DNA from: Octopus sinensis
Lineage: Eukaryota
DNA: 64,000 nt
Reading direction: 5' to 3'
NCBI RefSeq assembly: GCF_006345805.1
Contig: NC_043020.1
Coordinates: 14,756,001-14,820,000 of the forward strand
Below are positions 38,801 through 47,520 of the stretch, one piece after another. The notes beneath the pieces were generated by a model, which ran no database searches, was not told the DNA's origin, and saw only the letters and a list, made by a program, of their open reading frames with translations. Made by a program: the position numbers and the translations under genes. Every line of letters starts with the position of its first letter. The stretch's first letter is position 1.

Positions 38801-41800
38801 TGTGTGTCTGTGTTTGTCCCCCGAGCATTGCTTGACAACCGATGCTGGTGTGTTTATGTCCCTGTCACTTAGCGGTTCGGCAAAAGAGACCGATAGAATA
38901 AGTACTGGGCTTACAAAGAATAAGTCCCGGGGTCGAGTTGCTCGACTGAAGGCGGTGCTCCAGCATGGCCGCAGTCAAATGACTGAAACAAGTAGAAGAG
39001 TAAAGAGATTAATTAAATAAATAAAGACACAATCCAGAAAACTTGATATTAGGAGAGTTGCATCAGCTGTCTAACAATACACAGATGGTGGTGGTCGTGG
39101 TGGGTTGAAGTGGTTTTGTCAATGATGATGATAAAGAAAAAAAGAAATGAGACTGACCTGAACAACATCTGCTTCAAGAGACGGTTAGCTGTACACACTC
39201 TTGGAATACGGCCAGTGTTGAGTTTATGTAGTTCTAGCTGAGATGCTATCAACTGGGTGGTCATCTCAGTATCGGCAGCTGTACCAGCACCACAACAACT
39301 GAAATGCAAGCACAGTTCTTAATTCCAAAAGGAGTTACACAATGACAGTTAAAGTTACCGAGTGATTGCATGTAAGTATTGCAGACACGTAAGATAGTAT
39401 TTCTGTGAACAAAGAGTTTAATACGACAAAGGATATCTTTTGAAAACGTCCAGTTTCTGCCACCAAATTTGAAATATTAGACAAAATCCATATAACCAAC
39501 ATGTCCATACATTTCTCTTTGAATGTGACATGATTTCTCCATCACACAACAAATTTCAATATTTTGTATCAGGTCATCTCATAAGTTCTCTCCGAATTTT
39601 GAATAAAGAAAACAAGTGATCAAATGTTATATTTAATTGAAATTTAATCATCAGGGTACTTTCCCTGATTATCTATAGAAGATCCATTTTTCGTTATCAA
39701 TCACAAGTCTATCCAAAAAGGGTGAAATGAGCTTGTAAGAATGGAGAGAAAAGCATATGTCAACTCGGGATTTATGGTTGCTTTTGGACAATTCATGAGG
39801 CACCCATTTTCTGAGTTTAGGAACTTTCCAAGTTGTTGAAGATGACGGTGAACAGTTGTATGGTTTGAACTAAGCTTTATTACCAATTCTTCAACTGATA
39901 ATGCAGGATTTTCTTCAAGTAATGCCTCAAGGTGCTTATCATCAAACTCAACAGGATGTTCTGTTCAATCTTCACTTCTGAATTTTGCAAACCATCTTCT
40001 GCAAGTTCTTTCATTCAAGCATTCTTTCCCATAAACTGAGTGTATGTTTCGAGTTACTTCAGCTGTAGTGTTTCCTTTTTCGTACTCATACAGGACTATG
40101 TGCCTCAAATGCTCTTTGGATACTTCCATGTTAGAAAGGGTTTTAATCAAAGAAATTTCAATTGTTATTCTGTAAAATAATATTTAATTAGTTTAATGTA
40201 TAAATGGCGTTGCGTGCTCTTTCAACCCATGCATAACTTTAATTCCATTAGACAATCTAAAATACTATTAAATTTCATTCAATTTTAAAAAAAAGGTAAA
40301 ATCAGACAGAACTTATGGGATGACCTGATATACTTGAAAGGCAGTAAGCTGGTAGAGTCGCTAGCACACCAGGCAAAGTGCTTAGTGATGTTTTGTCCAT
40401 CTTTATGTTCTGGGGTGGGGTATGGTTGATTTCATGGCTGATAATTAATTTAAGATGACAGAGTCAACCTCAGAATATATTCTTAGAAGATAACATAAAG
40501 GGACATAACAAAAGACTAGAAACTGATTGCAACAATCCATCACAGGGTCACAAATTTAGAAGAGAGGGGCATTAATTAAATCAACCCCAGTATTAACCCT
40601 GAAAAGATATATAAAGTAAGGTTAACTGTGACAAGATTTAAACTCAGATTGTAAAGAATTAGAATTGCATATTGCAAAATATTTTGTCTCATGCTTGAAC
40701 AATTCTATAGATTCATGATTCTTTAAGTAATAATAGCCCCACATACGCACAAAGTAACAAATTTGAAGAGAAAGGGGCTTAGTTAGTTACACTGACCCCC
40801 AATATTTGACTGGTACCTTACTGACTCTGGAAAGATGAAAGGCAACATTAACCTTAGCAGGATTTGAACTTAGAATCTAAAGAACCAGAGCAAGCTAAAT
40901 GGCATTTGTAAGGAATTGTAGTAGAAATAGTAATAATCCTTTCTACTAAAGAAAGAAAGTCTGAAATTGTTGGGGAGGGGATGAGTCAATTACATTGACC
41001 CTGGTGCTCAACTAGTGCATATTTTATCGACCCCTAAAGGATGAAAGGCAAAGCTGATCTCAATGAAACTTGAACTCACAATGTAAAGACAGATGAAATG
41101 CTGCTGAGCATTTTGCTGATTTTGCCAGCTCACTGCCTTAATAATAATAATAACCACGTGTGCTGTATAAATGGCGTTGCGTGCCCCTTCGACCCATGAA
41201 TATTCAAGAAGGAAGGGAAAGAGAAAAAAAAGACATATACAGTCCTTTTAAGTATGAAATAGCCCTGCTCTGGAAAATAAAGGTGAAGATAGTGCTAGTC
41301 AGTGTTAGGTCCTTAGGGACAGTATCAGAAGGTATCAAGAGGAATATAAAAGAAATTGGAAAAGAGTGTCAGTAGAGCTGTTACAAAAGGTCTGCCTCCT
41401 TGGCTCCGCCAGAATAACCAGGAAGATATTAGATAGGTGAAAAGAACAGATAGCATGGTACCATAGGCTGTAGGTAGTAAGCCCGCTATGTATGCAAGAC
41501 ACCAGGAGTTCCAACAAAACCTGGGTTGAAAAGAATAATAATGATAATTGATTAAAGTCTGTTTTACTTACTAAATGTTGTCAGCCATATAATGGATCTT
41601 TGCACAGTTTTTGTCAGCTACAATAGTGTCTTCAGTAGCTCTTGTATCTGCTCCAAGAACTACACCATCCTAAAAAGAAAGAAACAGAGAAGAGATTAAC
41701 TCATCAGCCCTGATATAAATTTGTTTCAGAATCCATCTGACATCAATACTACAGCATTAAGAAGAGGTGAATGAAATCTCCTCGTGGATTGGTTAATAAT

Positions 41801-44800
41801 CCACTGAAGGTAATTTTACAAAATTATTTGATACTTACATTCCAGAGTACTACAAAGAAATACAACATAAACTTGCAGCCATAACCCTTTGGTATTCAAA
41901 CCAACCATATCCAGCATAAATATTCTACCTGTTTTATGTTCAATCAGGCCAGATCTGACCTCTCACACAAAACCCATAATGTCATTCTAAAAATAAACAA
42001 TCTTGTCTTCAAAATCTTAAAGCTTTGAGATAATGCCTGATTAATTCAAAACAATGTGAATAAATAAGCATTACTTTTTGACAGAATAATGTGTATGCTA
42101 AAGGGTTAAATAAAAAGTTATATAAATTCTGCACAATTATTACAGCATAGCATTGAATGTTTAGACAAACCAACGAGGTCGATTTTATGCAGTTAATTGA
42201 CCTGCTACAAATAGCAACCTAATAGTATTCAAATCATACTGTAATCCCTTTAAAATAGGAAAATATTGAATAATGTAAGCTTGGATACACTAAAAGACAA
42301 AGATTACTCATGCCAGTCATGTGTAAAAGACAGCCAGTACACTCTTGCATTATGAAGGGCATCAAGCCATGGAAACCAAGCCAAAACAGATTGGAGCCTG
42401 GTGCAGCCCTCTGGCTTATGAGCTCCAGTCAAACTGTCTTACCCATGCTAGCATGAAACATGCTAAATGATGATGTTACAACTAGGACAGCTTTGAACCC
42501 AAGTGTGCTGGATCAGGTCTAAGCTGGAGCTAAACAATAACACAGCATTTTAAGAATTATAGAAAGGTTTTAGAGTAAAGATAAAAGCTATAATAGATGA
42601 TGTATGACAAGTAATAGCTCTGTGATTGATAATAGAATACTTTAGGTACTAAACTAGGATGAACATAGGATACACTTCAACATTCTTCTGGAAAATAAAT
42701 GCTGTTTGTGTGAAACACCAATTTGTAAGTAATAGCATCACTGGTTACAGATTCCCAATAGATCAATCACAGCTTCTCAGATTTTCTGATAGCAAGAGTG
42801 TTTTTAACTCAATACAGAACAAACATTCCAAAGGATTTCATTTATGAAGCAAGTTATAATAATAATACTGTGTGTATTAATAATACAGTATTATAATATA
42901 CTTCAGTGTGTATTTGCTTAACCCATTAACATTTAAAATGGCTGTATCTGGCCCAAATATTCTGTTTCTTTTATATTGCAACTGACCAGATTCAGCCTCT
43001 TATACCTACCCAACAATGTTATTCTAAAAATAAATAATCACATCTTCAAAAATCTCAAAGCTACAAGATACATGATTAATTTTTAAAAATGTGGATAATA
43101 AGCATTACATTTTGATAAATTAATCTGAATAGTGAAGTGTTAATACAAATCTTCAACACATTTCTCCAGTAAAGAACTAAATACAATTATAAAATATTAA
43201 GTTACCTTAAAGATAACTCCAGCTATTGTAGTTCCAGTTTTGTAGACATGGGGCAGAGTAATTCCATTATTAGTTAAAGCAGCATTCCTGTAAGAAAATA
43301 ACAATCATTAAAGGTAGTTGACAATATAGGAAGGGGGTAGAGAGGAGGATATTTCCCGTTATGTTTAGTGGCAACACAATCAAGTATAAAGAAGGAAAAC
43401 ACATGTAATTAAAAGTTTCATTTTTACATGATTTGACTTCCTCCCACTGTTTTTGCAACTCACCTTGGTAATGTCCTCAATTTCTCATCTTTTTGGAGAA
43501 TAAAAAATCAGTTATTATGAGCCAGCACTCGGGTGATTATGATGACGAGGGCTCCAGCTGATCTAATCAGCAGAACAGCCTGCTCATGAAATTAATGTGC
43601 AAGTGGCTGAGCACTCCACAGACACATGTACCTATTTCTTTACTACCCACAAGGGGCTAAACACAGAGGAGACAAACAAGGACAGACAGATGGATTAAGT
43701 CAATTATATCGACCCCAGTGCGTAACTGGTACTTAATTTATCGACCCCGAAAGGATGAAAGGCAAAGTCGACCTCGGCGGAATTTGAACTCAGAATGCAG
43801 CGGCAGACGAAATACCACAAAGCATTTCACCGGGCATGCTAACGTTTCTGCCAGCTCGCCGCCTTTACCCTTAGTGCAGTTCTCAGAAAGATTCAGCGTG
43901 ATACCGAATGTGGCATGGCTGGCTCATTTGGTTACAGGAACTACTCATTTTTGCCAGTTGTGTGAACTGGAGCAATGTGAAATAAAGTGCCTTGCTCGAG
44001 AGCTGACAGGAATTGAACTCACGACCTTACAGTTGTGAGCCAAATACCCTAACCACTTAGCCACACACTAGTTATTATTACTATTAAAGTGGCAGATTGG
44101 CAGAATCATTAGCATGCAAGGCAAAATGTTTGGTGCCATTTCTTTCGACTTTACATTGAGTTCAAATTCTACTGTGGTCATCTCTACCTTTCAGGGTCAA
44201 TGAAATAAGTACCAGTTGTGCACTGGGGTCAGTGTAATTGACAAGCCCCTCTCCATAAAATCCCAAACTTTATGCCTAGAATAGAAAGGATTAAATTATT
44301 ATTATCATAAAGTCAATACTACCATGAGCGATATCTAAACTACAATGGAGAAGGCTAGCCACTGGCTTTGGTTAAAAAGAGACGATGAGCAATGGCTAGA
44401 GAAATAGTGAGCTTTATTTAATAACCAGTTGATCTAGCAAGCGGGGTCTCATATCATATTAGAGTAGAGATAAAAGCTATAATAGATGACATATGACTGG
44501 AGTAATAGCTCTGTGATTGATAATACTTTAGGTACTAAACTAGGGTGACCATAGGATAGACTTCAACATTCTTCTGGAAAATAAATGCTGTTTGTGTGAA
44601 ACACCAATTTGTAAGTAATAGCATCACTGGTTACAGATTCCCAATAGATCAATCACAGCTTCTCAGATTTTCTCAGTGCACATTGATGCTGTCGAGAGGT
44701 AGGCCCTGAAACGGTGCGCATTCACTCCTGATGACCCCATACACTTGCTGGCTTCCGGTATGCGGAGTTCTTGACCAGTAGCACTTGCATGTGAAAGTTG

Positions 44801-46896
44801 TTTGCAAGACAGTTAGAAAGTGGCAAGCTGGCAGAGTCGTTAACATGTCAGACAAAATACTCAGTAGGATTTCTTGCAGCTTCATGTTTTGAGTTCTAAT
44901 CCTTCCGAGGTTATCTTTGCCTTTCATCCTTTTGAGGTTGATAAAATAAGTACCAGTCGAGCACTAAGATTAGGTTAATCGACCAGCATCCTTTCCTCTA
45001 AAATTTAAGGCCTTGCGCCTATGACAGACAATTATCATGAATTCAGTTAACATATTGCAAGGAAATGGAGACTCCCAGTTGTTAAGAAATATAAGTTCTG
45101 TTTTTCTTCCTCAACTATGGTCCTCACTAACTCCATTGTTTATTATGGCAACTCATTCCTAACTACACAATATGAAGTTGCTACAAAAAAAAAAAAAATC
45201 CTATATTTCTATTAACCTTTTAGTGTTCAGAGTATTCTGTCAAATGCGATGTTTGTTTATTTAAAATGGTTTGAATCAATCATGCATTATCTTGTAGTTT
45301 ATAGATTTCAGTGATGTGAAACTGGTCCTTTTAGAATGACATGGTAGGGCTGAGGTGAGAGGCGAGATCTGGTCAGTTTCAATATAAAACAGGTTAAATA
45401 TTTTGGCCAGATATGGTCAGTTTGAATGCTAAAGGGTTAAATCCAGATGGCACTGAGATGATGCGTTCTTTAATACTAGTCATATTATGTTACATTGGCT
45501 CAAGAAACTATTTTCAATTCTTTAACAGATTCAGGCATGACTCATTAGAATATATAAAAATTTTCATTTTGAGCCTTTATCATACAATGAAGTACATTTT
45601 CTTCAACGTATAAATAAGAAACATTTGTGACCCCCGATACGAGCCAACAAATGAGTCTATATTCGTAGGTTAGAAATAGCAGCATTCTTTCGGTTGTATC
45701 GTTGAGTAAAACCGAAAGAATGCCGAAATAGCAGCTAAAATCACTCTCAAATAACAACCCACGGTTTAGAGGACACAATTTATTTAATTAACTAATTAAT
45801 TAGAGGACACATTAAATAACGTAGTCCTGTATACACACTACCCAGGAAACAGACGGGAGAGTCATGGCTGGAATATTTATAGATCTATTGAAGCAAGACT
45901 GACCTAGGGGTAAACACACCACCAGCACCAAAATTTTTTTTAAAAAAACCAATTCATCTGGATTTTCAGTATATTAGATGATAAATGGCTTTCAAAAAGT
46001 GCAATTATCCTTAGGGGTTTGGCGGCACTGGAAATTTTTTCCTTCATATAACAAGATCGGATTTAGAAAACTAATTAATTTTATTCAACAGACAAATCTC
46101 AACTTAACGTTGGTAAGGATATTCTATTGTACTAATTTTTCTGTAATAAAATTAATTAGTTTTCTAAATCCGATTAAAAAAATTTTTTTGGGCGGAATTC
46201 AGTTTTTTTATTTAGTTCTTTCGTCTCTAGTAGACCTTTCCGTCGATTTCCGTAAAAAAAATTTTTTTTTTTTTTTACATATGGGCTTGCAGGAACTTTT
46301 GAAGTAATGAGAGCGAAAGAGACTAAGAGAAAGCGATTGTATGACGAGGGAAGTTCTTTTGAAGTTACCGTGCATGGAAAGCATTGATGTACATGTGTGT
46401 GAGTGTGTGTTAGACGAAAGATCGCCAGTTTTAAATTTTTCCAACAAACCTAAAAGCTCGAATGATTAAAAAAATTGGCAGATTTTTCTGATTTGAGTTT
46501 CTTTCATACAATGATTCAGCAAAACAACAAACACTGCCAGTAACTTTCATAATTCGTTTTGACGGCCAAAAATCGTTAAATACAAAAGATACTACTGCAG
46601 GATAGCTACTGTTTAACTAAAATATACAATCCATAATACTACCAGTGTTGGGACTCAGGAAAATAAAATAGGACTCGCTGGTTCGCGAGTCAATAAAGGA
46701 ATGCTTTGGGTTCATCAATCAAACACGGATACGTCGTATATAAAAGACAGTTGTTTAAAGATATACTAAGTACATTGATTCTAGCAGACATATAGATGAT
46801 TGATAACGTATTTGCTGAAACAAAAATTACTTACCGACGACAATTTTCAAAGACAAATCCAGATTTGTGAGGGAAAGACACGAGAGTCGAAGCCAT
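32742..46896 (-). CDS. PSMB7: Proteasome subunit beta type-7 (beta-2, trypsin-like), complete 8-exon CDS: complement(join(32742..32859,34443..34594,35887..35945,36930..37045,39158..39298,41572..41669,43206..43287,46835..46896)); 828 nt, 275 aa
   Basis: All 7 introns are GT-AG with compatible phases. Joined translation [39 protein letters not shown]|[236 protein letters not shown] is recognisably beta-2. It has a 39-aa propeptide, Thr1 (codon 43230-43232), Asp17, Lys33 and Glu53. Confidence 0.97.
34274..34420 (-). ncRNA. Candidate intronic H/ACA-like small RNA in PSMB7 intron 7
   Basis: Two hand-folded hairpins, hinge AACAGAU (imperfect H box), ACA 3 nt from a plausible 3' end; 147 nt; sense to the host gene. 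Confidence 0.3.
34443..34594 (-). CDS. PSMB7: PSMB7 exon 7 ([51 protein letters not shown]), 152 nt
   Basis: Acceptor tttttgtctttaacag, donor AG|gtaagt; [11 protein letters not shown] motif. Confidence 0.97.
35090..35690 (-). mobile_element. CR1-clade LINE 3' end with (ATT)n tail in PSMB7 intron 6; shorter copies at 1309-1600 and 28190-28510
   Basis: ORF 35247..35687 [11 protein letters not shown]...[13 protein letters not shown]...[14 protein letters not shown]; the three copies share the 3' UTR aatgaaattattgtatacagtgctcagg. Confidence 0.9.
35887..35945 (-). CDS. PSMB7: PSMB7 exon 6 ([20 protein letters not shown]), 59 nt
   Basis: Acceptor aattttag, donor ACC|gtaagt; MGSGS motif spans exons 5 and 6. 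Confidence 0.96.
36930..37045 (-). CDS. PSMB7: PSMB7 exon 5 ([39 protein letters not shown]), 116 nt
   Basis: Acceptor ctttctctctttcag, donor G|gtaagc. Confidence 0.97.
39158..39298 (-). CDS. PSMB7: PSMB7 exon 4 ([47 protein letters not shown]), 141 nt
   Basis: Lies within ORF 39049..39309; acceptor gcatttcag, donor AG|gtcagt. Confidence 0.97.
39569..40328 (-). mobile_element. Internally deleted mariner element in PSMB7 intron 3
   Basis: TIRs tcaggtcatctcataagttct / agaacttatgggatgacctga; TA TSD; ORF 39965..40150 [16 protein letters not shown]...RRWFAKFRS. Confidence 0.9.
41280..41545 (+). mobile_element. 3' end of an RLE-encoding (R4/NeSL-like) non-LTR retrotransposon with (TAA)n tail
   Basis: [14 protein letters not shown]...[20 protein letters not shown]. 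Confidence 0.65.
41572..41669 (-). CDS. PSMB7: PSMB7 exon 3 ([33 protein letters not shown]), 98 nt
   Basis: Acceptor tctttctttttag, donor TA|gtaagt; GADTR and K33 motifs. Confidence 0.97.
42572..42787. repeat. Duplicated ~215-bp stem-loop module, copy A (PSMB7 intron 2)
   Basis: Direct repeat of 44461-44673; internal inverted repeat ctgtgattgat / atcaatcacag. Confidence 0.95.
43206..43287 (-). CDS. PSMB7: PSMB7 exon 2 ([27 protein letters not shown]), 82 nt, contains catalytic Thr1
   Basis: Acceptor ttattttcttacag, donor AAG|gtaac; KTG|TTIAG autocleavage site. Confidence 0.96.
44461..44673. repeat. Duplicated stem-loop module, copy B (PSMB7 intron 1)
   Basis: 44561-44673 is identical to 42675-42787 over 113 nt. 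Confidence 0.95.
46835..46896 (-). CDS. PSMB7: PSMB7 exon 1 ([21 protein letters not shown]), 62 nt
   Basis: ATG at 46896; donor CG|gtaagt; GF.F.NCRR propeptide motif. Confidence 0.93.
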
Positions 46897-46985
46897 TTTT
46901 ACCGAATGATGATATTACCGGAAGTCAGCTATTACTGTCGCCGCAGCTTCCGGAAGTGTGTATTTTTGTGGCTGCAGTTTCCGGT
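46891..46985 (-). promoter_or_regulatory. PSMB7 core promoter / 5' UTR with three ETS (GABP/ELK-type) sites and a YY1-like site overlapping the ATG
   Basis: ACCGGAAGT 46917-46925; palindromic CTTCCGGAAG(TG) 46947-46958; TTTCCGGT 46978-46985; minus-strand AAAAATGGCT over the start codon; no TATA box evident immediately upstream of the ATG. Confidence 0.7.
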
Positions 46986-47024
46986 TTAATTCTTCAACCT
47001 AAGACAAAGTGCCTAGATCGGGAT

Positions 47025-47245
47025 GGCGCGGTGAGCTGGCAGAAACGTTAGCACGCCGGGCGAAATGCGTAGCCGTATTTCGTCTGCCGTTACGTTGTGA
47101 GTTCAAATTCCGCCTAGGTCGACTTTGCCTTTCATCCTTTCGGGGTCGATAAATTATGTACTAATTACGCACTGGGGTCGATGTAATTGACTTAATACCT
47201 ATGTCTGTCCTTGTTTAGCCCCTTGTGGGTAATAAAGAAATAGGT
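47025..47245 (+). mobile_element. SINE family B (Meta-domain-like core ttcaaattccgcc.aggtcgactttgcctttcatcctttcggggtcgataaa), copy abutting the PSMB7 promoter
   Basis: Other approximate copies: 9070-9215(-), 11500-11700(+), 17258-17490(+), 21270-21450(+), 24505-24723(-), 40770-41140(-), 43630-43865(-), 44085-44310(+), 44805-45030(+), 56940-57200(-), 58450-58655(-), 63290-63860. Confidence 0.9.
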
Positions 47246-47520
47246 ACTACTAGCCAACAGTGGTCCCGGTGTGCGCATCCGCGCCAGCAAGTCGTGACTA
47301 GTCGATCCTACAACGACTACGTAGCAAAGTAAATAAAACACAAAATAATTAATTTTTTTTATACATATAAATAATTTTTGTTAAACAAAGTGAATAAAAC
47401 ACAAAAACACAAAGTAAATAATTTTTAAAACAAAGTAAGGATCGACTAGTCATGACTAGCTAGCGCTGATGCGAAAGGACGCGAGTGCGCGCACCGGGAC
47501 CACTGTTCGCTAGTAGTACC
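47243..47520. mobile_element. CpG-rich foldback MITE upstream of the PSMB7 promoter
   Basis: Arms ggtactactagccaacagtggtcccggtg / caccgggaccactgttcgctagtagtacc plus inner gtgactagtcgatcct / aggatcgactagtcat; TA at both ends; AT-rich spacer. Confidence 0.8.

Noticed and set aside
44689-44745. GAAAC followed by CTGATGA, suggesting a permuted hammerhead
   Set aside because: The cleavage triplet would end in G and helix II does not form; at best a decayed motif with core CUGUCGA.
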